From NCBI GenBank assembly GCA_036172245.1, contig JAYWIR010000014.1, positions 1,054,001 through 1,118,000 of the forward strand: 64,000 bases of DNA. The letters run 5' to 3'. Origin of the DNA: Raillietiella orientalis (taxonomy: Eukaryota). The notes under the pieces are model-generated. The model had not been told where the DNA came from. It saw nothing but the letters and a program-made list of their open reading frames with translations, and did no database searches. Positions 11,969-26,856 of this stretch are shown here, in pieces; position 1 is the first letter of the stretch, and each line of letters opens with the position of its first letter. The position numbers and the translations under genes were made by a program.

Positions 11969-14900
11969 CAGCACGGGTAAAAGCAGAGGAACGAAATAAG
12001 CATGCAAGGAAATGGATTGTAAACTACGTTACGTTAATACGCCGTCTCATTCAGGTAAAGTGCCACTAAAGAAACTGATATATAAGTAAACGATGTCAAG
12101 ACCAGTATACGTTTTCGTTACACATGCGGATAATCGCTCTGTCATGAAGGGAACATAAAATGTGTATAAGGAGTGCTAGAAATCACTGTTACCCATGACC
12201 CTGGTACCGAACAGAACGTCAATAGTTGTGGCACCTTGACTGCACATTACGGCCGACCTATAGCGTACCAGTCATTATCGATATACAATGTGACAGCTGA
12301 AATGCCATTCGGTGAAAACAAAGCTGCTGTTTTCCTGAATTTTGTGCTTTCAAGAAGATAAGTTCGGGAAAAACAAACCAAAAATGCAACTTCATGAAAT
12401 ACCTCTAAAAAATGACAGTCAAATCCTAAATCTTTATGCTTATAATATGCTTTTCTCAGAATCATCCAGTTGTTGATTTTACTAGGAATTTTTTCCTTTA
12501 TATGCTCAGGTAGTTTTGCAATTCCCCTTCGGTAATTGATTACTGAAGTACTTCGAAGAAGAAGGAAAAAAAGACTTCTGATTACTAGGAGGATGTTTAA
12601 AAAGAGAATGAAATACCAAACATATGCATGCCACTAAGAATCAAACCCAACCTATTCTACAAAAACTGCAGGCACCAATGGTTTCACTGTCAAAAAATGG
12701 AACAAATAAAAGATCGTCGGAATATATATAAAAAAAAAACTTTTGAGGTATTCCGTGTTTTTGTGCTAATACAGAGATTTTTTCAAATCCTTTTATATAG
12801 GTTAGCACACCACCTTGGGAAAAATGTTAGCTAAGTTACCCTTTCAATGGTTACACTTAAAGTGCCTCTCGAAGAAAACTCTGAATAAAACAACACTCAT
12901 ATATTCCTAATTTGCGATTATTTTAAGTATTACAGGCTCGTTTCATCTAGTTTTCTGACGGAAAACGGAAAAATAAAAATACAAATAAAACGAAATGAAA
13001 TTGCGGAGCAACTCTGCATTCAAGATGATTCTATTCATTCATTCGTATTCCAGATGCAGCCCATTTTCTCTCTTTCGATTCTTAGGGATAATAAACTCAA
13101 AAATCCTGACGATCCTACGATGTTTAAAGCAACATGCAGCTTTCAGCACTTCACTAAACGCCAGGCAAGTGCCACTGATGTTGAATGCAACCTACAAGAA
13201 ATCCTTGCATCACATGGATAAGACTACAAATAAATCTCTTGGAATTCATCGAATAGAAACAAAAATATACCATACAAGGCAAGAGAATGAAATCATCAAC
13301 CTTACTGCATCCAGAGCTGCAACCAACCCTGAGGAGTCAATTTCACTGGCAATCGGAATACTCGCAAATGAATCCTTTATAAATCAATGAAAAAACTATC
13401 CAATGTAAGGAAATAATGAAGAATGCATTCCAAATTTTTGCCCGGTTTCTTTGATTTCCGGAAAGAAAAAAAACATGTAGCAGACACGCAAACCTGTTTG
13501 TCCGTTCTAATACGAGCATTCAATACTTTCAATACTTAGAGCACGGGCAGCAACATCACAAGAACGCAGATGGAAACTTGTGCTAGGTGTACATATCAGG
13601 ACTGTTGCCCAATATCGTGTTTGATGAGTAGTAACCCAAAATTCACTAACATGTGGAGTCACACAGTAACAGTTAAGAGTTGGTTCACGCCAATAGCTTC
13701 ATATTCTCGGTGTACATCACAAACTTGGATGAATGATCTTTACATGAAACGTAAAGCAAACACCTCGAGTACAATACGAATCGGTTCATTTCAACCTGTA
13801 GTCTGCAATGCAACTAGGTCAGCACTGAATAAATTAAACTTAAAAGTTAACAAGTACCTGCGTGGTCTAACATAGTTTCTTTTAATCACCCATGCAGACA
13901 AGCAGATCAAAACTCGCATTAAATACTGTGGTAAGCACCAGAATCATTATTTCTGACATATCTGCTTAGGGATCTGGGATCTTCATGTTGTTTTCGGAGA
14001 CTTCCTTTGAAAACATGAGGTTGAAAGCAGCAGGGACGTTCAAGGGTGTAAAATCTAACGTTACGAATGAACGAATAAAAAATAGTAGCTCGTACTTCTA
14101 CTTATGAAGTGCATTTCTCGAGGCATCTTCCACGGAACAGTTCTAAGCAGGCGAAACTCAACGCAAGTTTCCGATGAAGGTGAAATGCATACTCTCAATG
14201 AACGAATCTCATGGAAAAGCGTGCAATGTACTCCAAGTAGTCACACTACAATTTATTTACTTTTGATTCGAAAACCCCGCTTATGTATGGCACATACAAA
14301 GGAAAGCAACGTACGTAAGCCAGACAATGTTTCATCAAATACAGTTGGTTTTCCCACAGCAAAATGGAGAAAACAATGAATTCAATGGAAGCACCTGAGA
14401 ATATTACTCTGCTAGAAAAGAAAAGTCTTCTATGAGAGATTGGGAAACCGTGCTTTGTCTTGGATTTTGGAACACAATACTCGCTTTAAAGTAACTAACT
14501 CCTTGAGTCAGACGGCTTCAGAAAACACAATGATGGATGTTCGACTGCATAAAATCGACAGGAAAAACGGCAACAAAATTTCTCTTGCAAAATCTACAGG
14601 TTTAGATTCCAGAGGTGGTCATTTGCAGGTTTTTATCAGACATGTTAATCATACAGCTGACCGTCTGAACTTTTCTAGTAGCAAAAGAATCTTGGAGAAG
14701 CGGGTTTTTTCTTGAGTGTTTTCTTTTACGGAACGCACCACCAAAGCAATTTACATTTTCCGGATGTTCGTATCTTTTACAATCTACGAAATTTAAATTA
14801 CGACCTACGGTGTATTCCTATCATCTGAAAACATATACACACACGAAAAGCAATTAAAGTCAGCACAATGTTACAGGTTGGACGAAGCTGGATCGCAGGA

Positions 14901-17900
14901 TCATTCCGAAAATTCATATCTCCCCCGCTTCCTTGCACGCTTAGGTGAAAACCAGGGAAACCTGACATCTGAAATGAAAAAAGTACGCTACTTCGAGCTG
15001 CAGCCAACTCATGCTTCCTAAATTACATTATAGCGACGAAACGTCCATCCAGACAAAAACCCTGCGTTGACAGAAATAACTGACATTGCGAAGTTATCGA
15101 TCAAAAAAAAAAAAAAAAACACTGCTTGTTAAAGTTCAACGAACTGCCAACGTCTTTCGTTGTTCTGGGCAGCATCTTCACAACTGTTTAAAAAACAGTT
15201 GCCACACTTTGTCAAGCCAGTTCCGGAAAAGATATGAAATGCTGACGAATGATCCGGTGGCTGAAACTTCCGTTACTAAGCTGAGAAGAGGTTTCTGAAC
15301 GGTGTCTGATCCTTGCAACGATCCCTGAACTCGACTGTTCTCTATCTTATACCGAGAGCGAAGTGTGGATTCCCAAGGTGTCACCAACTGCTCTCATGCA
15401 AAGTGATGACAGACTGCGTTGCGTGAGATGCTGAATGTTCATGAAACTCATCAAGTGATAAAGAGAGGAGCACGTCAAAGAAATCGACGCGTGACGTCAA
15501 TGGCCATCCAAACACCTAGGAGTGAAACACTTGCAAACCCCTGCTGAAAACACGACACGGTGCAGAAACTGCGACTTAAGGCCAGTACGCAGATTTTCCG
15601 AATTCCGTTTCCAGATTTCTTAATGCCTCCTCGTTTGATTTCTTCTTAGAATTATCACGAGATAAATACTATGCCCCATGGCAAAACGAACTCCCGGTGG
15701 ACATGACCAAAAGTGCGGAAATCCAACCACTATCGGAGTAGCTATAGCAATTATTCATTAAACAAAACAAAACAAAACAAGCAGATGCAATGCAAATGCA
15801 TGCACAATGGAGAAAAGTTTTCCGATGATTCCGGGATGCAAACAGATCGATCGCGTACGAAAACGACACGCAAAAGAAAACAAAAATGGCAACAAATCTT
15901 TTTCAGCAACTTACGGCGTACAAATTTGTAAACAAGGAGTCAATAAATACAGGAGACAAAGAATCTGATCCCATCACCATTCCATATATCTTCAAAATTA
16001 ACAAGCCCGGTCTTATTTTGGGAATTAGTTGCCCTCTCTGCTAATACGCAATGCAAAAACTAGTCTGAGCGTCAGCAAAACAAACAAGGAAGCAACTTGG
16101 ACCATAAAACCGAGCTGGTTACAAACCATGTACGGGATACACTGGGTACATATTCATATCAAAATATAAGGTATAAGTGGAAGAAGATGAGTTCTTTAAG
16201 TTGCATTTACAGGAAGACATTACTGTGTCCCTAAAAATGCGAAAGTACACATCACCAGTAATTAAACATCCGACAATACGAGAGAAATGATTGGAAAAGA
16301 ATGAATCTTTTATAAACCCCAAGACTTTTTACAGAGATGGACGTAAATCCCCTTAAAATCACGAAAAATTATACTGCTGCCTGCAACGGTTTGGAGAAGA
16401 GAAGGCTCATTGAAAGAGAAGGTATACTGACGTTCAATAAAAGCATTCATGCAACACATAAGATCCGTAACTGACTAATGAAATGTCGGAGTCTAAACAC
16501 TCATACTGTTAAGCCTTATATTGTATAGGATTTTTTTTTCTTTTTTCCAAAGAACACAGTCGAAACAGGACCAATCAGATTTAAATTTCCGATAAACTAT
16601 ATGGACACAGTCCCTAAGAAATGCGCGAGAACATGAATCTCTTCTTAAGTTAAAAGTTACCTTATTCAGGGTTTTATTTTCAGTGAATCTTGAATATTTT
16701 TTTTTTACGTACATGTAACGTAAGTTCATCAGAAAACTGTAGCATCAGAACACATGATAAGAAGCAAAGATCACATCATCTTACAAAAGAACGTGCGTAA
16801 TTACGGCATTATAACAAATGCCTTTATTATAGTTTCACATTAGCAATTCTTGAGTAGTAAAATGAAACCTGAAGGCCATAACGTTGGATATACGAAAGCT
16901 ATGAAACCCTATTTCCATAAAGCACCAAATCTGATGTTTGCATAAAGAATGAATACAGAACAAAAAAATTTCACGTGACAAAAAAAAACAAAATGCCTAT
17001 ATTTGAAACGCATTCATGAACGGAAGAGGACCCACGCTGGCCAAATTACTATTGTATGGACAGTAGTACTCCGGCACATGCTCTTCTGGGTATTCCACTT
17101 CCGACTGGTTCGTTTCTCGACTACAAACAGACGATTTGTAAAAGGCGTCTTACTCGAAATTTGCAAATGGAAAGGAAAAACATCGCTGATCATGAATACG
17201 GACGTCTTACGTTTGCAGATTCGAGCAGAATCCCAGCAGTTCCACTTCCCATTAACTTGATCAGCTAACAGAACACAAAACAGCATCGTCTTCTGCGTCC
17301 ACTTTCTACACGTCAAAGCTCACGAAAATGTTCCAAAAGGGGATGTTAATTCAGAGTCAGAGTATGTTTCCAGAGCTTGTCCATCTCTTCAGATTCTCCC
17401 TGCATAAGACATTCGCTTCTTAACAAAAACACTTCCCTTCAGAGCAATGAGTAAATGACCTGGCATTAAGGATGTAATGGAAAAACCGAAGGATATTTGT
17501 CCATAAAAGTTTTAGTCACACAATTGTAGTCCAGTAATTTCGAAACCAGAGAAAATACATCTGTTTATACACATGCCCGTTCCTGCTTATGAACACGCAT
17601 GTTTTCGCAAGTACATGTAACTGAAAGGTGCACACATTCCTGAGATTGCAGAAGCCCTCACAAACTCAGAATGAAAAAGCAGTTAGAACCTGTGTTTCTT
17701 CTATAGGATATTGAATACCATGTCTGCATCAAAATGGAATTCATCGAATCTGAATTCATTCCTGCTGCAACGTTCACAAACGTGTCACTACATACCGAAC
17801 AGGATCATCAGCCTAAGCCTAGTCTGCAACCTTAGGACTGCAATCACGTACTTCATCCGTTCTCGTGCATGTCTGAAAACTCTTTAGTCACAAAGTTACT

Positions 17901-17930
17901 CTAATAACTCAGTGATTCTCAATGTATCAT

Positions 17931-17970
17931 AGCACTTATGACAGTCAAAGAGCACTTATGACAGTCAAAG
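17931..17970. repeat. Perfect 20-bp tandem duplication
   Basis: AGCACTTATGACAGTCAAAG x2. Confidence 0.95.
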
Positions 17971-20900
17971 AGGGAACTCGCACCGTAAAACGGCAGATAA
18001 TATCCTCTTATTCCTATTCCGCCTGTTGTTCGTTTCCACGTTAAGAAATACATAAGAAACCAACTTCGGTGCATGCGAACACAGCTTGGGAAAAAGAAAA
18101 GTACTGACCGTGCTTGAGATCACACCTGATAAAGGGAGACAAAATGTTAGATGCATATTCAGTGACATTCAAACTTGTCTTCAACTATACTCCTTGTTCA
18201 AGTGCATCTGACCTTGAACATCTATGTTGTGGACTACGTTGTGGACTTGGGTATTATTTTTATTACTACCACAATTGAATTGCATGAATATTCCCAATTT
18301 CGGAAAGAAAACTCAAATACATGAAAGGACATACAACCATTCTTTATCCATATCATACTTAAGGAAACCAAAACGAACAGCCCTGCTTCTAATGGAAACA
18401 AGATATATGACTCGGAGAAGATGATTTGGTTGTTTTAAACCATTTGGTTTCCTGAATCCATCCAGCTGGGAAAATCTGCGATTTTATCGGTAAAACATGG
18501 CTCAAAAACTCGAAAGTTTCGAGATATGTTCCACTGATAAAATCGCAAAAAAATTCCCAATTTCAAATCGGAGGTTACAGACTTGCAAAACAACCATATG
18601 TGACTGAACATGAAAGTGAAGCAAGAAAGGACATTGGAGAAAAAGCGATGAAGAAACATGTACAATGCAACCAGTGTACGGTAAGATAAGAACCGTCAAA
18701 AGAATACGTCCGATTAAAATCATTCCTGAAGAATCAATAAAAAACAGTGTGAGTCTCAGAATCTGGCTATGCAAACAATTATAAAGTGTGAACACGTTAC
18801 GTGACCACGTTTTGTGAAACATTCTCATTCTTAACATTATCAATCCAAACCACATACACCTACACCTTTTGACGATTCAGTGGTTAGTATTCGTTGTAGA
18901 TCCATATCCAATTAAAGCTTTTGTTCAGTGCTCCACAGCTTTGGAATCACTGTTTCAGAGAAGCAGCTGATTTTGAGCCAGCAATTAGTTGACTTACACT
19001 TCTGGTTCCCATGTCTCAATGAACGTTCCATACATAAAACCTTGCCACTACTTATATACTAAACTACCTGACTGAAAGGGAATCACCTGTTTTCTCTTTC
19101 AATGGTCAGCGAATAACCGCAAACAATTCCTACTATGAATTGGCTAACCAAATTACTAATCATAGGCACAATCTTTCACAAATCAAGAACTCGTATCGAT
19201 ATTTAGCTCACACACAAAATACCTAATATCGCTTTTGATCTTTGAATTCTTCGCGTAATCTACGGTTTATGGTTTTCTACAGGTGAAGCAACGAAGACAC
19301 AAAAAGAATGGCATTACTTTTTTTTTTTATCATTTATTCTTTGTCACTTCTTAGTCATTTATTAACGTCAGGATGTTTTTTTTTTAATAGTCTACGTTAT
19401 AGTTTATGGATTAGGATAAGTATTCCATGCCGAATAAAAATACCAAACAGCTGAAGGTCTCTTGAAAAATCTACATTCTTTTGAAGCAGTTCTCTTCTTG
19501 AAAAGGACTTGATGACCGAAAAGTTCCTGGCTTTTGTTCATCAAACTGATATTTTCTTCTACTCTCTCTACTCGCAGCAAGATTTTCTTACATTATGCTT
19601 ATGAAAACACTGTCCAGAAATTCTTATGAAATTAAGACCCCCTTACAAAATAGAAATTTAGGCGGTTTTGTACTAGCAATCACGTTAAAGTTTTTCTCTG
19701 AACTTGAGATCCACAATTTATTTTACTACATTATCTTTCAAAAAGATTTGATCGGTAATCTGGGAAAGTCCTTTGATTTAATGTCTTGCAATTCCCTACC
19801 TCCAAAATGAAATGAATCTTGCTTTTTTATCCTCAAGAGTACTTTCGTTTCCTGTTCTTTAGTGAAACTTACTTTTAACTCCTGCTTTCTTTTCATCAAT
19901 TGCTATTTCATTAGATTTTCATCATTCTTCTTAGCCAACTTCTTATGCAATCAGTATTTTCATCTTAGTCGACATGCTTTCATTGATTTCTGATGATTGT
20001 AAAATGACGGCGTTTTCACATTTTTTCGAATGGGCTCCTGCGATGAAAAGACTCAGTTTATACTCTTTTGCGGCTGAAAGCTTACTTGTTCTGGTTCTAA
20101 ACTTCAATTTTTTTTTGGTTGCATCTTTCTTATTCCATTTTTAACCAAGACTTGAATTACATTCCTCAATCAACTAATTTCCTACATTCTCTTTAAGTGT
20201 AAAATACTTTCACTTAATTTAAATCTTTACCAACATTCCTTTTACTGAGTTTTCTTGTCATGTATTTTCCATGAACACAAACATACCTGATTTAACAAAA
20301 AAGAGAACTACGAAAATGGATCCCAGAAACATGGAAAAGAACGATACGCATCTCAATGAAACTTCTAATACAACTAGCAGCATTTCAGCTGTGTAGAAGA
20401 GATGAACTAGATAACCTATGAAGAGGAACGAAAAACTCGAATGCCCTGATCCGAAATTTATCGGCTTACACAATAAATAAGATGGATTCTTCTTTCCCAT
20501 GCAAATAAAAATAGGAAAGAAGACTAAAACACGTTTTTCCGGAAATACTTTCGAATCACGACAAACATTTTGAAGTCATAATGACAGCAAATTATTAATT
20601 TAGACCACTGAAAAGCATTTGCTCTCTTTTTATCAAAATGTGAACAGATGTCTTCCCTTTCATGTCTTCAATGTTTGTGAGCTTTCATCCAAAACCACAA
20701 ATCCTTGTTTTGCTCCAACTTTTTCCGCACGATGGAAAAAAAGGAACTGAACGATAAGATACCTAATGTCACAGAAATTGTTGCCACGCTACAAACAAAC
20801 CATCCGGTCGTGCATCTCTATTAACTTTATACATTCAGTTATAGTGGTGCACTGCTTCAAATACGGGAAAACCGTCAAAAATAAGGGCTTGAAAAAGATA

Positions 20901-23900
20901 GCTTTGTTCAGCGAAATTGCATTTTCCCTCAATGTGAAGTTCTAGAATCACATATAAATTTGTTGATGATTAAAGAAAATGAACGATATTCCGAAACATA
21001 ACCGTAGTCTAACACATAAATGTTCTATACAGACAAATTAATTCATCCTACGGAATGACTTAATGCTGTTGGGCAGTTCATAGCTTTGTTTCACAACCCA
21101 CTAAAACGGAATGTCCTTCACCACATGGAAACTCACCAAATGCAAATTTTTTTGTAAAAAAATTTGCATTTGGTGCTTTTAGAATAGGAGCCCACAAATA
21201 CACCGAAATATTTCAGAATTGAGCTTTGAGTTTTCGGGAATTTGAAATAAAGCCTCCATCTTTTACATTCAATTTCAAAAAGGAAAACTTTACTACTAAC
21301 CGATCCATAAAATATATATACTGACCAAATCAAATTTAAGGATATGGATCAGTATTGTAACTCAAGCGAAAATGCGCTTACTCACATATTATATAGTTCG
21401 AACCAACTTTTCAAATTCAAAAATTTTAATCAGTTCTCCATAATCTATCGTTCAACGAGAGCTCTTAGAACTGCACGCTGAAACTTAGCAGCACCTTACC
21501 CGACATGCTACACATTACATGCTCAAGTATACAGAGACAATAAATACGAAACCAAATTCTACGACCATTAAAAAATGAGCTAAACAGATAAAAGTAACGA
21601 TCAACAGAAGTGCATTAAAAACAGTGCATTAAAAGTAAAATATATTCAAAATCGAATCCAAGAGAATTTTGCTGTCAGTGTCATTCGATTCTACTACGAA
21701 TTTATTCCGTTTATCACTGCAAAGTAAAGAATCAAACGAAAAGACAGAAACCAAAAACTACGGAAAAGAAACTTTAGTGCTAGGAAAAAAGTACATAACC
21801 TGCCGTACGACACCGCACTGGGAACATGTTGTTAAGAAAATTTTCCACAGCTGCCCTTTCAAAATAATAATTAAAGCAATCGGAAAGCACGATTAATTAC
21901 TGATTACACGCACCCCTAGGACTGTTGCATGTAAGAAGAAAAAACAATCAAGAGATCGAAAAATATGCCCATAAAAAACACGCCAAGAATTTACGACAGG
22001 TGACTTTGACTGAAGACTAATACACAATGCGCAAGAATAATAATACTGGCAATGCTTTCAGAGCTAGTTTTACGCAGATGTGCTCTAACGCCCTTCAAAT
22101 AGAACGAAAATCCACAAACATTAAACCTGATAAAGTCCAAAAGAGTAACAAGCAGGTTGCATGATAAAATCTAAGAATGCAGCTAGCTTGACCTTTTTAA
22201 ATGAATCGGTCTACAAGACTGGTAACCATAATCAAGATCTTGATGGTGTTTTCTTTGATTTCGTACGTGGAAGACCTGCAGAATTCACAAAATGATGCGA
22301 GGTAAACTTCACAAGCCAAATCGCTAGAATTCAACGAATCATACATTTCTCCACAAAACAATAAAAACCGAGCTTTAATGAAAAAAACAACAAATTAAGC
22401 AGCCTCCTAAAGTTTTATGAACTCTTCATACGGTGATCCACGAAACGAAAAACGGAGTTCCTAAAATCGCACTGAAAAAGAAATGACGAACAAGAGGTCG
22501 ATAAACATGAAAACCTGAAACATTAGGAGAACTCAAGTACACACATAATAAGGTTAAGACCAGATGGTTCTTTCATCGATCACAAATAACTATAAAAGAA
22601 CCTTCTGATGGATGATGTCAGACCATTAACGCACTCAGCTGAAAAAGACAGGAATTTCTAGAGAAAACAACCAACAAAAATTGCTCACAAAAACAATTCC
22701 CTTTGAAACTGCAAACCAGGGGGAAAAAAATGAGCACTTTCTGGGCATGCAGTAGAAATACAATGAGTGAATGCTATTAATGAGAACTTTGAATCGAACA
22801 TGATTTCAGTGGATTCAAAAAGTCGACTTTAAGAACTGAAAACGTCTGCTTTACTGAGACAATTTCCTTAACGAGTTCTTTGAGGGTTACAATTGCACAT
22901 TATCGAAACTAAAAATGAAAATGCTTTCAAAAAAGCCTGAAAACCGTATGCATTAACCAAACCATTCGATAAAAATTTAACAGAAAACAATGCAAAGTAT
23001 TAATAAAAAAACGGAAAGAAAAGTTTGCTTCACGACATGGCTGAATATCATGATTCAATACAATAATGACACATATACACAACATAATAATACACATACA
23101 TATAATAAATGCAGACACTAGCTATCATACCCGTAATCAGAGTATTCAAATTAATAACGATAGTAAACTAATGTTTATTTTATTTATTTATTTATTATTA
23201 TTATTACTTTTTTTGGGGGGGGGGGGAGTGACACAATACTCCTGATAAAGAACAAGGTTCGACAAATAATATTGAAAAATAAACCACGATGACATATAGA
23301 TCTTTAAACATGCTGCAACACATGAAACATCCCCAACCGAGAAGAAATGACGTTCTTGAACTTTAAAACACTTAGATGTTTACATCCTTAATGGTCACAA
23401 GGATACACAAATACTGAACACATTTTGTGTACCTTCATCGTATTTTACATCAGGTCATTTGCATACTCAATGGAACACCGTAATTAATCATCAATTCGCA
23501 AATCAAATCGCAAACTTAGCCATAACTGTTTTCCTATGAGCCAACTTCCAAGTTCCCCTAACAACCATCCTGCGAAACTGATAAAGCAAATAATCCCCTG
23601 AAGAGCTGAAATGAAATTTAAGTAACAAACCACTGTTTACTTGGCTGATTTTTGCTTACTTGTATTACCGTTTTATACTTCGTGTCTATCGAGCTGTGCT
23701 TTATGTTTTTGGATTTTTAGCAGCTTGGGCACAATCTACGTGGTCAGTGATTCGTATTTCATCAAAAGTTATTTTCAGAGGCAATAAAAACGAACGAGCA
23801 TCAATCATTTAAAAATTTTTTAAGCATTTTTAAGAATATATTTCAGCAAAGAGGTTTTCAAATAAAGCAGGATAGAATTTTGTTTAAAACATAGGAAAAC

Positions 23901-25929
23901 AATTTTTTTAATTAAAAACTCAACTGGTAATAAAAAAGAATAAAATGAAAACACATGAAAACGAACTTCATGAATAATTAAATGCCCTTAGGGTAATAGA
24001 AAAACATGGTTTAGGATTTACTGAACATCCACATGAAAAGAATTTGAAATAAAATTTTTTTAAATATACCAAAGAAAAACAACTGGTCACGCTTCAGCAG
24101 AGTAAATTTATGGATTTTTCATCTCTTGAATATCTAGTTTTTTTTTCAATTATTATATAACTGCTTACGAGTATTAACTAAAACTGCTCTTTTTCATAAA
24201 TGCAGAATTAACTTAATAAATCGAATAAATATGTACATAAAAAATATTACAAATCTTCAGCAATCCTCAAAAACAAAAGCACTACACAGTAGCATTAACT
24301 AAAAGGGGATCTACACATAACATAAATGTCTGGTTACATAATTGACCACTAGCTTCTTACATAGAATTATTGAAAATACATTTACAAGAAAAACAAAGAT
24401 TGCATTACTTATTTTTTATCGTGCAAATTCAGCATTTGTTTTTCATTTAGGATACGTGATATCAATAAATGATTTGAGGAATTTTTTGCATTACACATGT
24501 CCACCCATCACTAAGCTATGAGTATAATATTTGGATCAATCGTTTAATAAAATAATAGAAAACAGTGAAGCATCAGCTAAAGGCTCATCATTGCTAAAAG
24601 CATCAGCAACTTATGTTGATCTACCTATCATAATAGCAAAACCAATTTTTATCTTGCTACCCAATTAACAATATTTTGATCGATTTCACTAAGGTCACTG
24701 ACAAATTGGCATTGTTTTTTTGTCACAAGAAACACTCATCATACAAGGGAATACAACTCAAAGTACAAACACAGTATATCTCTTGTTAATGATTCGAAAG
24801 GTTTTTATTTACAAAATTATGGAATGCAATAACAATAACATTATCATTGCTGCTATTGAAGTTGAGAATATGTTTCCATTGTGAAATCACATTTTCTGAT
24901 TCTTTAACATCAATTTTTGCAAAACATCAAAGATTAATTTTTGTTTTTTCAAAGACTGAGATCTCTTTAGTGATATGCCAAAGAATGCAAACAATATATT
25001 ATAACTCAAAACAGAAAAAACATCTCAATTTCTTGCATAGTTACTCATTTCTGCATACATTGATGCATTGATTTTTCTAATTTTCATCAAACAATGCTTT
25101 TTATTCTAACAATTTTAAATGCAATACAAACCACAAATATAAACATGGCACTAACATGCAGGTTCCTAATATTCAATCACAATCGTCATATAAGAATTAA
25201 TGAAGGAATGAAATCTAATATTCTTCCAATATTATATTTCAGAGTACATTTTGAAAAATTCCATTGGATATGTTTTCTTCAGGATAAACATTTCAGTAAG
25301 CCATTTGGAGGTTTTCATTCTGTGTGGAAGCCTCACTAATAGGAATGCAAATATCTGCTTAAAACAGTCCCTTTAAAAATACGTAGAAAAAACTAAAGAA
25401 TTGAACATATCAAAAGGGTAAATTTGATACAAATTATTCCAATCATAATTCTGCATTTCCTCCTTAGTTTTGCACCATAATACAAAAATCATCACAATTG
25501 CATTTTTATTATTAACAGCCACTTTTGGTAAGTATTTGGTAAATACATGGACTTCAGATTAATACATATATAAAGCATTTATTCTAAATGTTATATGCTC
25601 GAAAGACTCAAATTCAAATGTTTGTTACAAGTAGCAATAAATTCCAAATGCTATCACCAATTTGATCTATAAAATACCTGGGTTTGGCTCAAAGCACAAG
25701 CATATACAAAATGGTGCAGGAAAATTCAGTTAAAAATTCAGTTAAAATCATCATTACAGATACACTCAAACACATGTTCTGGTAGCCTTGAACTCAATTT
25801 TGCTACATTATGAAATATTTATTTTGTTTTTGTATCCACCACAATGCTTCCATATTACAAAAATTCTTTAAGAGAATTCATGCAAACATACTTATTAATT
25901 GCAAATCATCCTCATCAAAATACACATAC

Positions 25930-25979
25930 CCTATTAACCAATCTACTGTATCCTTGAGATATTCAGGTATTTTATCCAG
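25930..25979 (-). CDS. Mob2: Mob2 distal first coding exon segment (LDKIPEYLKDTVDWLIG); no in-frame AUG
   Basis: Minus strand reads CTG GAT AAA ATA CCT GAA TAT CTC AAG GAT ACA GTA GAT TGG TTA ATA GG|gtatgt. The phase-2 donor fits the acceptor at 5637 (GG+A = Gly, then KARRKE). DWLIG-K matches the MDWLMG-K N-terminus I recall for vertebrate MOB2. Total CDS from CTG is 720 nt (239 aa). Confidence 0.8.
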
Positions 25980-26011
25980 CTTGGAAGGGTATTATCCTTC
26001 AATCTATTATC

Positions 26012-26074
26012 TCAGAATGCTAACAAGCTATTCAATTGAGATTGTGTAGGTGGACTGCAGTTATGCTTCATCAT
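26012..26074 (-). other. Upstream ORF in the putative Mob2 5' leader (MMKHNCSPPTQSQLNSLLAF*)
   Basis: ATG ATG at 26074-26069, TGA at 26014-26012. It lies just inside a strong acceptor (tctctttcag, AG at 26085-26084) and ends 32 nt before the CTG at 25979. Confidence 0.5.
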
Positions 26075-26856
26075 TGATGTGATCTGAAAGAGATTTAATC
26101 ATTAAGTGCATGCATCACTGTCCATGATCTTTCAAGAAAACAAACATTGCATAAGGAAACAATGGTATGTATTTGGAAAAAAATATATGAAAAGGCAAAC
26201 AGTGGAGTCTTACAGAAAACAAACAACTGTATGTAAATATATAATATACAATATTTAAATTTAAGATTATGTGATTCCAACGATATCCCCATTAAATATA
26301 TGAAACCAAGCAAATAAAATTTTCGATAAAGTTTTTAAACTATTTCCCAATATAAAATAGACAATGAATTAATTAAAGTTCCATTTAAATCTTTTGAGTA
26401 AGTCATGCAGATGTGGCATTCATGTCCAAAGGACATTTTATGCCAGGATACTGTGTACTATTCCATTCTTTGCCATCTAAAGACTTAGGACATTTTCCTC
26501 TTTATAAAACATATCAATAGATCCCATGCCAGCACATAAATGATCAGAGATGTAACAGTTTATATTAAATAAAATCTTTGCATGCACTGTAGGTAATAGT
26601 TCTGGCATGTTACATAAACAGTTTACAATGGTTTTCATAAACTTATGCACTTCCATTGTTTCAAAATATGGTTATAAACTCGGAAACATCTTACCTCAAA
26701 GAAATAATCACAATGGTTTGAAAATTTTAAACTTAAAAAGATTATTATTTAGCTATTAACAGTCCAAAAGATAAAAGCCATCTTGTAAAATAACTTAGAA
26801 ATAGATTTAAAAAAACAAATATGCCTTCCAAAAACATTTCAGCATACAAAACTTAC

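Larger units (their letters stand above)
5637..25929 (-). other. Mob2: Large intron of Mob2 (20,293 nt)
   Basis: gtatgt donor at 25929 and tttctgtttcag acceptor ending at 5637. No recognisable protein-coding ORF inside. Confidence 0.75.

Noticed and set aside
12276..12283. TATCGATA (DRE-like) here and at 19194-19201
   Set aside because: One or two copies of an 8-mer are expected by chance in 64 kb, and there is no other promoter evidence.
17931..17970. Direct repeats (also 5692-5724 and ~56795-56843) as a CRISPR-like array
   Set aside because: Only two adjacent copies each with no spacer array, in a eukaryotic genome. These are ordinary tandem duplications.
25980..26024. 45-nt intron (gttagc...ccaag) linking the uORF AUGs to Mob2
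   Set aside because: Wrong phase: the spliced frame hits TAG after a few codons.
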